Shown here one piece after another: positions 1 to 10,008 of a stretch of 64,000 nt of DNA. The position numbers and the translations under genes were made by a program. The DNA is from Microcoleus sp. Lineage in GTDB: Bacteria > Cyanobacteriota > Cyanobacteriia > Cyanobacteriales > Microcoleaceae. The stretch's first letter is position 1. Every line of letters begins with the position of its first letter. The stretch spans positions 928,001-992,000 of the forward strand of contig JAYFMW010000006.1 in the NCBI GenBank assembly GCA_042408215.1. The letters are read 5' to 3'. Under the pieces are notes generated by a model, which had not been told where the DNA came from, ran no database searches, and worked only from the letters and a program-made list of their open reading frames with translations.

Positions 1-35
1 TCAACCCCTTCAAACACGATCAGTCTCCCGTCCAT
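1..35 (-). CDS. tmk: Thymidylate kinase, 5' end only (runs off window)
   Basis: Reverse strand from ATG at 35 reads MDGRLIVFEGV(E), the typical dTMP kinase start just before the P-loop. Confidence 0.7.
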   Translation of the reverse strand, partial: MDGRLIVFEGV

Positions 36-140
36 TGCCTTGCCTTTCAATTTCAATAAAATAAATCGTTATTGTACCGTAGATCTCGTCTATGTTCGCT
101 ATGATGATAAGGTCTAAATGCCTCACGGCTGGAGTTTTCT

Positions 141-488
141 ATGGCTCGTTATACTGGTTTTTTTATCGTTGCTGTTCCCATCGACCATCTCCGTCAATCC
201 TTGATTGAGATTTTAGAGTCATGCAATCTTGATATTATCTACAATACAGGAGATTCTCTCATGGCTCGCGAACTTCGCAGTCAAGTTTCGCTTCCGAAGC
301 GAGTCACCGCAGAAGTCCTAATTAAGAAAAACACGAGCAGCGACTCAGAGGTTCGCATCAACTTCGTGATTAAAAACGAGGAACTGCCCTTCCAAACCAA
401 CAACCACTGCCGTCAAATGTTCGATCTAGTCAGTGATTCGATTATCAACAACCGCAACTGGCGGCTCTTAGAAAGCATGGCACTTTAG
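141..488 (+). CDS. Conserved hypothetical protein
   Basis: 115-aa ORF divergent from tmk; no motif recognised. Confidence 0.7.
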   Translation: MARYTGFFIVAVPIDHLRQSLIEILESCNLDIIYNTGDSLMARELRSQVSLPKRVTAEVLIKKNTSSDSEVRINFVIKNEELPFQTNNHCRQMFDLVSDSIINNRNWRLLESMAL

Positions 489-900
489 TCATTAGTCAGT
501 AGTCAGTAGTCATTAGTGATTAGTCATTAGTCAGTAGTCATTAGTGATTAGTCATTAGTGATTAGTCATTAGTGATTAGTCATTAGTCAGTAGTCATTAG
601 TCAGTAGTCAGTAGTCATTAGTGATTAGTCAGTAGTCATTAGTGATTAGTGATTAGTCATTAGTCATTAGTGATTAGTCATTAGTGATTAGTCATTAGTG
701 ATTAGTCATTAGTGATTAGTCATTAGTGATTAGTCATTAGTGATTAGTCATTAGTGATTAGTCATTAGTGATTAGTCATTAGTCAGTAGTCAGTAGTCAG
801 TAGTCAGTAGTCAGTAGTCAGTAGTCAGTAGTCAGTAGTCAGTAGTGATTAGTCAGTAGTCAGTAGTCATTGGTCATGAGTCATTAGTCATTAGTCAGTA
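486..900. repeat. Heptamer tandem repeat array (STRR-like; TAGTCAT/TAGTGAT/TAGTCAG)
   Basis: ~410 bp of near-continuous repeats; short inverted copies (CTAATGACTAATGACT) at ~970-985. Confidence 0.95.
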
Positions 901-1012
901 TTTTTATTGAATTCAGCCTTCAGCATAAATACTTTCTGCCTTCTGCCTTCGGGAGGCATGAGTTCTGGGCTAATGACTAATGACTGAGGACTTTTACCTA
1001 CAATCGATAAAT

Positions 1013-3673
1013 TTAAGGCCGAAATCCCCGACGCAGTAGCAAAGAATTGGTAACAACACTAACAGAACTAAACGCCATAAATGCACCCGCAGCCGCAGGG
1101 CTGAGTAAAATTCCAGTTGCGGGGAGTAAAAAGCCGGCGGCCACCGGAATTCCGAGAGTATTGTAACCAAAAGCCCAAAATAGATTTTGGCGAATCTTAT
1201 TAAAAGTAGCGCGACTAAGTTCGATCGCCTCAACAACATCCATTAGAGCATTTCGCATCAGCACAATTTGAGCAGTTTCAACAGCTACATCAGTCCCACC
1301 GTGCAGCCCGATACCCACATCTGCTTGAGCCAAAGCCGGGGCATCATTAATTCCATCTCCCACCATCGCCACTTTTCGGCCTTGGGCTTGCAAAGCTGCG
1401 ATCGCCCTAGTCTTCCCGGACGGTCGAACTTGGGCCAAAACATCCGTCGTCGGCAAATCTAACTGTCTGGCGATCGCATCCGCCGCTTCGGGCCTGTCCC
1501 CCGTCAGCATCATCACCCGCAATCCCATACCCCGCAAACGCTCCACCGTCGCCTTAGCATCCGGTCTGAGAGTATCTTTTAGCCCGATTACCCCCAGCAA
1601 AACGCCCTCACAAGCCACGTAAACCGCCGTTTTGCCTTTGCAAGACCCCAACAACTGCGTTGCAATAGCGACCCCCTGCTGCGTCATCCACTCAGCATTC
1701 CCCGCGAACACCCGCCGGCCTTCCACCAAAGCCGAAACCCCTAATCCCGGTTCCGTGTAGAAATCCTCAGCAGCTAGCAGCGGCAAAGCTTGTTTTTCGG
1801 CTTCCAGCAAAATCGCTGCGGCGATGGGATGACAAGAACCCATTTCCACCGCAGCCGCAATTTGCAGCAATTTTGAGTCAATTGTGGAACAGGCATCTTG
1901 CCTGTTTCCAGAAATGTCATCAACTGTGGAACAGGCATCTTGCCTGTTGTTGCTAACATCAATTGTAGAACAGGCATCTTGCCTGTTGCTAACATTAATC
2001 TCTGATGTCAGATGCAGATCGGAATTCTCAAAAATCGGCAAATAATCTGTGAGTGTAAGATGTCCCGTAGTCAAAGTACCAGTTTTGTCAAAAACCACCG
2101 TATCTAATTGATGCACCCGTTCTAAAACATCACCACCGCGAATTAAAAGTCCCCGCTCCGCGCCGATACCAGAACCCACTAAAATTGCAGTTGGGGTAGC
2201 CAGTCCCAAAGCACAAGGACAAGCAATGACTAAAACTGCGATCGCCAATTTCAAACTTAATAATAAAGCAGATTGGGAATGAGTAATTGGGAATGGGAAT
2301 GGGTAATTGGGAATTGGGAATTGGGAATTGGGAATTAATTGATCTCCCATGCCCCATGCCCCATGCCCCATGCCCATTGCCCCATGCCCCATGCCCATTG
2401 CCCCATGTCCCATGTTAATTGCCCCATGCCCCAAAAGCACGGATGGCCAAATATGAGTTCCGGCAAAATACCAAAATAGAAAAGTTAAAGCCGATATCGC
2501 CATTACCCCATACACAAAATATCCCGCGACAGTATCGGCTAAATTTTGAATCGGCGCTTTTCGAGTTTGGGCTGCTTCCACCAAAGCCACCATTTGAGCT
2601 ACAGTTGTTTCCTTGCCGGTGCGAGTTGCCTGGATCACAATCGCCCCGGATTGATTGATAGTTCCCGCCGCGACTGCATCTCCTTTTTGCTTCAAAACAG
2701 GCATGGATTCGCCAGTCAACATCGACTCGTCTATTGTTGTTTTACCTTGGCAAACTTCGCCGTCTACCGGAATTTTGTCCCCTGGCAAAACTTGCAGCCA
2801 TTCTCCGACTCGGACGCGATCGGCTGGAATTTCAATGTATTGTGAATTGTAGACTGAAGATGTCGAGTTCTGAGGCAATTCTTCCGAGCCCAAATCTAAA
2901 ATTTCCAACTTAAAATCAACTAAGCGGGCAGTAGCCGGTTGCAATGCGATTAAAGCTTGCAGGGCTGATGCGGCACGGCGTCTAGCTTGCTGTTCGAGAG
3001 TTTTTCCCAATAAAATAAAGCCGAGAAGCATCACCGGTTCGTCAAAAAAGCACTCCCATCCCATCTGGGGAAACAGCAGCGCCACGTTGCTAGCGGTGTA
3101 AGCTGTGACAGCGCCTAAAGCTACGAGAGTATTCATATTGGGTGCATTTCGCCACAAACTGCGGCACCCGTCAACGATAATTGGGCGTCCAGGTAGCAGC
3201 AAAGCTAGGGTAGCGAGTCCCCAGTGAAACCAAATATTGCTTAAAATTGGGGCTTCCCGGCCCAATACGTGACCTAAACCGGAGAGAATAATTAAGATTA
3301 GGGCGATCGTCAATTGTCTTATTTGCTGTCGAATTTCTTGCTGTCGCCTTTCAATTGCCGCCGCCTCTACTTCCCGCTGATTTCCACCACAGCGAGACTG
3401 ACTGGGAAATCCATTATCAGTCAATTTTTTTGCTAAAGCTTCAGCATCGACGGCCCCCGGTTGGCACTCAACCGTTGCTACTTCCACAGCTAAGTTAACG
3501 CAAGCTGAAATTACCCCTGAGTATTGCATTAGCTGGCGTTCAACTGCCTTGGCGCAGCCTGCACACTTCATGCCGCCGACATCGAAAGTCACAATTTCAG
3601 GCGGCGGGGATTCTTTCACTGGTATGATTATTTCTGATTGAATTTCGGGGATTGTTTTGGGAATAAATTGCAT
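1013..3673 (-). CDS. ctaA: Cu(+)-translocating P1B-type ATPase (CtaA/PAA1-like)
   Basis: GMKCAGC metal-binding domain, TGES, CPC, DKTGT, GDGIND, YN and MAFSS motifs. Confidence 0.9.
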   Translation of the reverse strand: MQFIPKTIPEIQSEIIIPVKESPPPEIVTFDVGGMKCAGCAKAVERQLMQYSGVISACVNLAVEVATVECQPGAVDAEALAKKLTDNGFPSQSRCGGNQREVEAAAIERRQQEIRQQIRQLTIALILIILSGLGHVLGREAPILSNIWFHWGLATLALLLPGRPIIVDGCRSLWRNAPNMNTLVALGAVTAYTASNVALLFPQMGWECFFDEPVMLLGFILLGKTLEQQARRRAASALQALIALQPATARLVDFKLEILDLGSEELPQNSTSSVYNSQYIEIPADRVRVGEWLQVLPGDKIPVDGEVCQGKTTIDESMLTGESMPVLKQKGDAVAAGTINQSGAIVIQATRTGKETTVAQMVALVEAAQTRKAPIQNLADTVAGYFVYGVMAISALTFLFWYFAGTHIWPSVLLGHGAINMGHGAMGMGHGAMGMGHGAWGMGDQLIPNSQFPIPNYPFPFPITHSQSALLLSLKLAIAVLVIACPCALGLATPTAILVGSGIGAERGLLIRGGDVLERVHQLDTVVFDKTGTLTTGHLTLTDYLPIFENSDLHLTSEINVSNRQDACSTIDVSNNRQDACSTVDDISGNRQDACSTIDSKLLQIAAAVEMGSCHPIAAAILLEAEKQALPLLAAEDFYTEPGLGVSALVEGRRVFAGNAEWMTQQGVAIATQLLGSCKGKTAVYVACEGVLLGVIGLKDTLRPDAKATVERLRGMGLRVMMLTGDRPEAADAIARQLDLPTTDVLAQVRPSGKTRAIAALQAQGRKVAMVGDGINDAPALAQADVGIGLHGGTDVAVETAQIVLMRNALMDVVEAIELSRATFNKIRQNLFWAFGYNTLGIPVAAGFLLPATGILLSPAAAGAFMAFSSVSVVTNSLLLRRGFRP

Positions 3674-3881
3674 GGGGATTTTTCTGGAATGATTACAATA
3701 TCTCGGAATTTGTCAAAGTTTTGTCACAGTGTTTAATGCACTCGACAAATGTCTCTATTTTGAGAATAAACAAAATTTTTGCCATCTCCCGAAAGTGTTA
3801 GCTTTTTTTAAGCCTTGGCACTTTTGAGTGGGGAAGTATAGATTACCTAAGATTTCAAAAAATATACCTTAATAGAAGCTT

Positions 3882-5186
3882 TCAAACTATTTTATTAATG
3901 GCCGGCTCTTGCACTGAATCGCAATTTTTTAATAGGGACAATCCGAAGAAAATTCGCAAACCCCAAATTTCAAACCAAGGCAAACCCCATCCCAATTTCA
4001 TCTTGAGGATAAAATACTTTTCAAATGCTGCTTTTGCCCAGTTTACCCAGCGTCCTTGCAAAGCATAAGAGTAACGCCGTTTACCTGTTTTTGGATCTGG
4101 TAAAACGGGGGCGGCAACATAGACAATGCCCGTATCGCCAAATTCAGCAAAACAAATCGCTTCCAAAGTTGGTGTTTTCCAACTATTTGCGATCGCACCT
4201 AATCTCACCCCAATATTGTTAGTCACGGCTAATCCCATTGCTTCCGTCATTTGTCCAGTTTTGGGTAATCCCAGCCCAGAGATTGCTTTGTTGTCGGGCA
4301 ATTCCACGCTGACACCAAGGGCATAAACTGAGGAAAATTGAGGATGTTCGTAGGTAGGTAATACGGGAATAAACCCTTTTTCATTTCCCAATCCAGGTAC
4401 TTTTTGGATAAAATCTACTCCTCGAAAAGCTGGCAGAATCATGGCATATTCAAAGGGAAGTTTTCGCCCATCAGCAAGCGCGATCGCTTCGGCATCAACT
4501 GAGGTAATTTGAGCGTTAGTTATTGCCTGAATTCCTCTTTTTTTCATCAGGTTTTCCGTGAATTCTTGAGAGTTACTTAATCCATCTAAACCTAAATGTC
4601 CCAGATAAGGTTCTGGTGTCACAAAAGTAATTGATACTTGCTCTCGCAAACCTCTGCGCCGCAACTCCCACTCTGCCATAAATAAAAACTCATAAGCTGG
4701 CCCAAAACAACTCACTCCTGCCATTGCTCCTACCACTAAATGACGGGGATTGTCTAAGAATTTTAGCCATGCTGTTCGCGCTTCTAAAGCATGATGGGGA
4801 GAGCAAACTGAGTGCGTATAACCCCCCTCTGGCCCAAGTCCGGGGACAGCATCAAATGCAAAAGAAGCACCTGTGGCGATCGCCACATAATCATAATCAA
4901 TAATCCGATTTTCTGCAACAGTGATGCGTTTAGTTTCAGGGTCAAAATCTGTGATTTTTCCTAGTATCCATTCAATCCCGTGTCGCTGAGTTAATTCAGG
5001 TACCTTTAATTGAATGTCTTCTAGGGGGTTAAGATTCAGCGCTACCCGGACCAACCCAGGAATAAAAGTAAATTCGGGGCGATCGGAAATTAACGTCACC
5101 TGATGTTCCTTCGGCAGCAGATGTCGCAGTTCGTAAGCAGTGGGAAGTCCCCCCAATCCCGCGCCAATTACAACCACTTTTGCCAT
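3882..5186 (-). CDS. sqr: Sulfide:quinone oxidoreductase, type I (SqrA-like)
   Basis: GAGLGGLPTAYELRH FAD motif; HSVC, SCFGPAYE, PKTGQMTE and ICFAEFGD motifs. Confidence 0.9.
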   Translation of the reverse strand: MAKVVVIGAGLGGLPTAYELRHLLPKEHQVTLISDRPEFTFIPGLVRVALNLNPLEDIQLKVPELTQRHGIEWILGKITDFDPETKRITVAENRIIDYDYVAIATGASFAFDAVPGLGPEGGYTHSVCSPHHALEARTAWLKFLDNPRHLVVGAMAGVSCFGPAYEFLFMAEWELRRRGLREQVSITFVTPEPYLGHLGLDGLSNSQEFTENLMKKRGIQAITNAQITSVDAEAIALADGRKLPFEYAMILPAFRGVDFIQKVPGLGNEKGFIPVLPTYEHPQFSSVYALGVSVELPDNKAISGLGLPKTGQMTEAMGLAVTNNIGVRLGAIANSWKTPTLEAICFAEFGDTGIVYVAAPVLPDPKTGKRRYSYALQGRWVNWAKAAFEKYFILKMKLGWGLPWFEIWGLRIFFGLSLLKNCDSVQEPAINKIV

Positions 5187-5390
5187 TTTTTTGATTTCCT
5201 TTTTCTGTGCGATGGCAAGCGTCGCAGCTTGCGGATTTTTGTAAAGGTAGTATTCCTTTTTTTGCTTTACTTCATATAATTATGACCTACAAAACGCACA
5301 TTAAACATAAATATGTTGTTGTGCTTTAGCGCTCTAAGGTATTGAGTATTTTTACTTAGTTCACCCCTAAAAATTAATTTTTTAACTTGC

Positions 5391-5419
5391 TTGACAATAT
5401 GACTATGTGGTTATATACT
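5391..5419 (+). promoter_or_regulatory. Sigma70-type promoter of the hdr operon
   Basis: TTGACA (5391-5396), 17-bp spacer, TATACT (5414-5419), ~55 bp upstream of the hdrC1 ATG. Confidence 0.7.
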
Positions 5420-5473
5420 GAGCAAATAGGCAACGGGCCTAACCTCAAGTAGCTCAAATAGGGGATATACATA

Positions 5474-6181
5474 ATGGGCAAGCTATTTAACGAGCTTAAA
5501 CAAGACATTTTGTACCAGCACGGCATGAATGCCTGCCTGAATTGCGGCATATGCACAGCAGTTTGTCCAGCGGCAGAGTTTTATGACTACTCTCCCAGAG
5601 AGGTGATGAACATTTGCCAATCTGAAGCTGACGATCTAATAGAAGAGTTACTTAAGTCAGACAAAATTTGGTATTGCGGGCAATGTTTTTCCTGTAAAAC
5701 CAGGTGTCCAAGAGGTAATAATACCGCCAATGTTATTCTGGCATTGCGCCGACTTTCCGTTCGTCACGGTTACTTTGCCGAGTCAGAAAAAGGCAGACAG
5801 CAATTGTTTGCCAAGCGAGTATTTGGGGAAAATATGCTGAAACGAGGTTATACCTTGCTGGCAGAAAATATCACCCCCGCCCACTTCCCAGAACTCGGAG
5901 AAAACTGGGAATACTATTACGAACACATGGCGGAAATGCGCGAATGGTGGGATGTGCCGATGGACTTGAAAAATAGTGCAGGTTCCCACCGAGTTATTCC
6001 TGAAAAAGACATGGAAGAATTGCGGGCAATTTATCAAGCAACCGGGGCGATCGAGTTAATGGATGCCGTAGAAAAAGGCATGGAAAAGAAACTCGGTAGC
6101 AAAGAAGAAGTCGAAAAATTCTGGGAAAACTGGGTAGAAACTGCTGATAGCAGAAACTACGAAATGGACGAAAATAAATAA
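5474..6181 (+). CDS. hdrC: Heterodisulfide reductase-like subunit C1 (2x[4Fe-4S])
   Basis: CLNCGICTAVCP and IWYCGQCFSCKTRCP motifs. Confidence 0.85.
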   Translation: MGKLFNELKQDILYQHGMNACLNCGICTAVCPAAEFYDYSPREVMNICQSEADDLIEELLKSDKIWYCGQCFSCKTRCPRGNNTANVILALRRLSVRHGYFAESEKGRQQLFAKRVFGENMLKRGYTLLAENITPAHFPELGENWEYYYEHMAEMREWWDVPMDLKNSAGSHRVIPEKDMEELRAIYQATGAIELMDAVEKGMEKKLGSKEEVEKFWENWVETADSRNYEMDENK

Positions 6182-6192
6182 GGAGAAAAATT

Positions 6193-7104
6193 ATGCAGAC
6201 CGTCAATAGCCTTAGCAATGTAAATAGCAGTCTTGATGCCACAGAAACGGCAGGACTCATCTATATGCGCGAAGAAGAAAAATTAGCGCATGATGTGTAT
6301 GTCACCCTGTACCAGCAGTGGGGATTGTCTACTTTTAACAACATCGCAAATAGCGAAAATCGTCACGAGAATAAGATTGAAACACTGCTCAATAGCTATC
6401 AGATTTCAGATTCAGTAGGTGATAATCCGGTTGGTGTTTTTGTCAATCCAGATTTACAACAATTGTACAACAATCTGGTAGCGCAAGGGAGTCAATCGCT
6501 GACTGAAGCCCTGAAGGTAGGAGTTTTAATTGAGGAGACTGACATTGCCGATTTGCAAACGCGAATTGCCCAAACAGATAACGCAGACATTCAACAAGTA
6601 TATCAACAGCTTTTAAGTGGATCGAATAATCACCTGAGTGCATTTACTTCAAACTTGACTGGCGAAACGGTTAATACCAACTCGTCTAGTTGTCCAACAA
6701 ATCAGACTCAGGGAACAACAACAGATGACACCCTAACTGGGGGGAGATGTAATCAAATGTTAGTTGGGAATCGTGGCGGCGATTTACTGACAGGAGAATT
6801 AGGAAATAATAACGTTGTTCGGGGTGGTGCTAACTCAAGATATAGCACAGATTTTTTGTTAAATTCGCCGAGTCAAATTAACAACTATCAAGTACAGGAA
6901 TTTGAGCAGAATTATCGAAATTTAGATCGGAATTTTGCGGCTCAAAACCTGCCCATTGGCTCATGCAATGCCGGGAGGAGCAGTAACTTATCTACGAACA
7001 ACTTGGGGACAGGCTTTTCTGCCAATCAAACCCAGATTGGTACTCTTAATATGAGGCCGACCAATGATTGTAATACCCAAGGTTTAATTTGCGTTAATTC
7101 CTGA
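6193..7104 (+). CDS. DUF2202 ferritin-like protein with degenerate RTX-like/low-complexity tail
   Basis: MREEEKLAHDVY, SENRH, IEETDI and GSNNHL helices; DDTLTGG and GDLLTG nonapeptide-like stretches. Confidence 0.7.
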   Translation: MQTVNSLSNVNSSLDATETAGLIYMREEEKLAHDVYVTLYQQWGLSTFNNIANSENRHENKIETLLNSYQISDSVGDNPVGVFVNPDLQQLYNNLVAQGSQSLTEALKVGVLIEETDIADLQTRIAQTDNADIQQVYQQLLSGSNNHLSAFTSNLTGETVNTNSSSCPTNQTQGTTTDDTLTGGRCNQMLVGNRGGDLLTGELGNNNVVRGGANSRYSTDFLLNSPSQINNYQVQEFEQNYRNLDRNFAAQNLPIGSCNAGRSSNLSTNNLGTGFSANQTQIGTLNMRPTNDCNTQGLICVNS

Positions 7105-7164
7105 ATTAACATCAACATCAACAGAAACTCCGAATCAAAAGACAATAAATAAGGACAAAACATA

Positions 7165-8211
7165 ATGAAAGTAACAAGACAAAATCTGGTTTGGGAAAAA
7201 CACCAAAAGCAGGTTCCAACAGTCGATGATGAAGGCGGCAAATTGTGGGGATGCTTCCGCAGTTGCTTTCTCCAAAGTGCCGCACCATACACCGAAGGGA
7301 TTGCCTATAAAATATTAAAAAACGATTTGGGCATGGACTTGCGGGAAGCACCCGGACATACTTCTTGTGGCGCAATTGGCTATCACGGAGATGTGTCAAA
7401 CCTCGAAACTCAAATGGTAGTTGCAGCGCGGAATTTTTCCGTAGCCCATCACGAATTAGGTGTTGATAATCTCTTCTCATTCTGTGTCACTTCTTTTGCG
7501 AATTACACAGAAATGATCAAACTCTGGGAAGAAGAACCAGAGTTGCGAGAATACACCGAAAAAACCTTAAAAGAAACCACCGGACGAGAATTTTGGGTTC
7601 CCCATGTTTCCGGGGGAAGACCATCTGTTGTTCATGCTTCCGATGTTTTCTATGCCAATCGGTATAAACTAGCCGCCAAAGCGAAATATAGCCTGAAGGG
7701 AATTAAAGCAGTCGATCACATCGGATGTCACTACGGAAAAATCTTTCCGGGTGAAGCAATGGGTGGGGTGGAATTTCCCCAAGTTTTAGTAGGATTACTG
7801 GCAGCTTTTGGTGCAGAAATTGTTGACTATCCAGAAAGAAGACATTGCTGTGGGATGGGTTTTCGCCAGTGTGCTTTTCCCGAAAACAGAGACTACACCG
7901 CAAGTAACGTCTACAAGAAAATGAAAGGTCTCAAAGAAGCGCACCCAGACTGCAATTTGATTCTCACTAACTGTCCCGGATGTACGGTATTTTTGGATGC
8001 TGAACAAGGAACGATTAAAGAAGTTTTGGAAGAAGAATTTAACGTCAGCGTTCTGGATTACGCACAATTGACTGGGTTAATGTTAGGCTATGACCCATTT
8101 AAGGATTGCGGACTGAATGCCAAGGCGGTTGAAATCGAGCCTTTGCTGGATAAAATCGGCATTCCTTACGATAAATCTAAGACTGCTGAACAACGCCGAA
8201 GACCATTTTAA
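7165..8211 (+). CDS. hdrB: Heterodisulfide reductase-like subunit B1 (CCG domains, first cluster motif variant)
   Basis: FRSC, HTSCGAIG, CVTSF, HIGCH, HCCGMG and NCPGC motifs. Confidence 0.85.
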   Translation: MKVTRQNLVWEKHQKQVPTVDDEGGKLWGCFRSCFLQSAAPYTEGIAYKILKNDLGMDLREAPGHTSCGAIGYHGDVSNLETQMVVAARNFSVAHHELGVDNLFSFCVTSFANYTEMIKLWEEEPELREYTEKTLKETTGREFWVPHVSGGRPSVVHASDVFYANRYKLAAKAKYSLKGIKAVDHIGCHYGKIFPGEAMGGVEFPQVLVGLLAAFGAEIVDYPERRHCCGMGFRQCAFPENRDYTASNVYKKMKGLKEAHPDCNLILTNCPGCTVFLDAEQGTIKEVLEEEFNVSVLDYAQLTGLMLGYDPFKDCGLNAKAVEIEPLLDKIGIPYDKSKTAEQRRRPF

Positions 8212-8217
8212 GAGGTG

Positions 8218-8310
8218 AGAAACCGGGTTTCTTCCTGGGCACAAAGTTTTCTGGTAAAACCTAACCATAAACCCGGTTTCTTTTCAACCAATCAAATAAA
8301 CCCGGTTTCT
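8218..8310. repeat. Cyanobacterial dispersed palindromic repeat (GAAACCGGGTTTC/AAACCCGGTTTC)
   Basis: Same core recurs at 26254-26320 and 28178-28242. Confidence 0.75.
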
Positions 8311-8335
8311 TTAATTAACTATAAAGGTAAAAAAC

Positions 8336-9406
8336 ATGAACAAACAAGTGGTCGTAATTGGTGGTGGTCCTGCTGGTCTAGCAGCGGCTGGAAAACTGCA
8401 AGACTTTGGCTATGATGTAGTTTTAATCGAGAAACAAGCCGAAGTTGGGGGACATTTAAACAAGTGGTATAAAGTGTTTCCTGATTTTACCGATGCTTCA
8501 GAAATTACCGCCAATCTCAAAGCTGGTTTAGGGAATACCAGAATTGTAAATAATGCTACGGTGACAGAGATTAAAGGTTCTGCTCCTAATTTTCAAGTGA
8601 CGGTATCAACGGGAGAAGAAATTGAGGCAGCGGCGATTTTAGTTTCGACAGGATATAAGCATTTTGATGCAACTTTAAAAGAAGAATACGGCTACGGAAT
8701 TTATGATAACTGCATCAATTCGGTAGAACTAGATGCCATGCTGAAGGCACAAAGCGTTAAAACCAGAAAGGGGAAAGTGCCGAAGAAAGTAGCGCTGATT
8801 CATTGCGTGGGTTCTCGTGATGAGAAGGTGGATAATAATTACTGTTCGCGAGTTTGCTGCACGAATGCCATTAAGGTAGGAATTGAGATTAAAGAACAGA
8901 ATCCCGATTGTGAAATTTACTGCCTTTATATGGATATTCGGGTGTTTGGTCGCGGTTATGAGGAACTGTACAGAACTTCTCAACAAGAGTTTGGAGTGCA
9001 GTTTCTTCGGGGTCGGCTTTCTGAAGCGGGTGAGAAAAATGATGGCAGTTTATTGTTGCGGCTAGAAGATACGTTAACGGCAAAACCGATGCGGTTGACG
9101 GTCGATCTTTTGGTTTTGATGGTGGGGATGGAGGGTAATACCGAGTTATCTGACGTGGCCGGTTTAACCTTGGGTTGCGATCGCTTCTATGCCACTGCCC
9201 ATCTGCAATATTCTAACAATCATTCTGCTCGATCGGGTATTTTTCTCGCCGGGGCAGCAACGGGGCCAAAAGCGATTATGGAATCCATTACCGATGGCCG
9301 ATCGGCGGCGGCAGAAATTGCCAGTTTTGTAGCGAGTAATCAAGCAAATTTGGCATCCAACCTGAATGGAAAAGCAGTAACAAAAATGGCAGCATCTCTG
9401 AAGTGA
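8336..9406 (+). CDS. hdrA: Heterodisulfide reductase-like subunit A, short form (FAD + one [4Fe-4S])
   Basis: GGGPAG, EYGYG, HCVGSRD...YCSRVCC, YMDIR..G, GIFLAGAATGPK; no ferredoxin insert. Confidence 0.9.
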   Translation: MNKQVVVIGGGPAGLAAAGKLQDFGYDVVLIEKQAEVGGHLNKWYKVFPDFTDASEITANLKAGLGNTRIVNNATVTEIKGSAPNFQVTVSTGEEIEAAAILVSTGYKHFDATLKEEYGYGIYDNCINSVELDAMLKAQSVKTRKGKVPKKVALIHCVGSRDEKVDNNYCSRVCCTNAIKVGIEIKEQNPDCEIYCLYMDIRVFGRGYEELYRTSQQEFGVQFLRGRLSEAGEKNDGSLLLRLEDTLTAKPMRLTVDLLVLMVGMEGNTELSDVAGLTLGCDRFYATAHLQYSNNHSARSGIFLAGAATGPKAIMESITDGRSAAAEIASFVASNQANLASNLNGKAVTKMAASLK

Positions 9407-9417
9407 GGTAAACAACA

Positions 9418-10008
9418 ATGGCAACTAAGAATAAGAAAAAATTTGTCTTTGGTCTGAAAGTTGATCGTCAACTCGATGGCGATCAAATGAACTCCGATTT
9501 TATTAAGAAAGTTCTGGCTGAAGGTGGCCAAGGTGCGGCGATCGCGGCTTGTATGCAATGTGGCACTTGTAGCGGTGGCTGTACCAATATTGACCTGATG
9601 GATATGTCCCCCCGAACCCTAATTTTAATGGTGCAAAGAGGGGAATGGGAAAAGGTACTTCAAAGCAATGCTTTGTGGATGTGTAGTTCCTGCTACATCT
9701 GTACCTCTCGATGTCCGCGTGGGGTGCGTCCTTCTGATGTGATTGAAGCGGTAAAAGCACTCGCAATTCGCCAAGGAATCGAGAACGATTCTACCCGATT
9801 CAATCAGATATTTGTCGAGTTAGTTCAGAAACGAGGCATTTTGTTTGAACCGGAATTAATGCACAAATATGGCGGTTTACCAGCCATGATCGAACAAGCA
9901 GAATTGGGAATTAAATTAGCTTTAAAAGGCAAAATGTCACCATTCCCAGAAAACGTAAAAGATCCCAAAAAATTTAGTGAAGCATTAGAAAAGGCAAAAA
10001 AACCATGA
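9418..10008 (+). CDS. hdrC: Heterodisulfide reductase-like subunit C2
   Basis: CMQCGTCSGGC and LWMCSSCYICTSRCPRG motifs. Confidence 0.88.
   Translation: MATKNKKKFVFGLKVDRQLDGDQMNSDFIKKVLAEGGQGAAIAACMQCGTCSGGCTNIDLMDMSPRTLILMVQRGEWEKVLQSNALWMCSSCYICTSRCPRGVRPSDVIEAVKALAIRQGIENDSTRFNQIFVELVQKRGILFEPELMHKYGGLPAMIEQAELGIKLALKGKMSPFPENVKDPKKFSEALEKAKKP

Noticed and set aside
486..900. Possible CRISPR array
   Set aside because: Pure short tandem repeats with no unique spacers; no cas genes in the window
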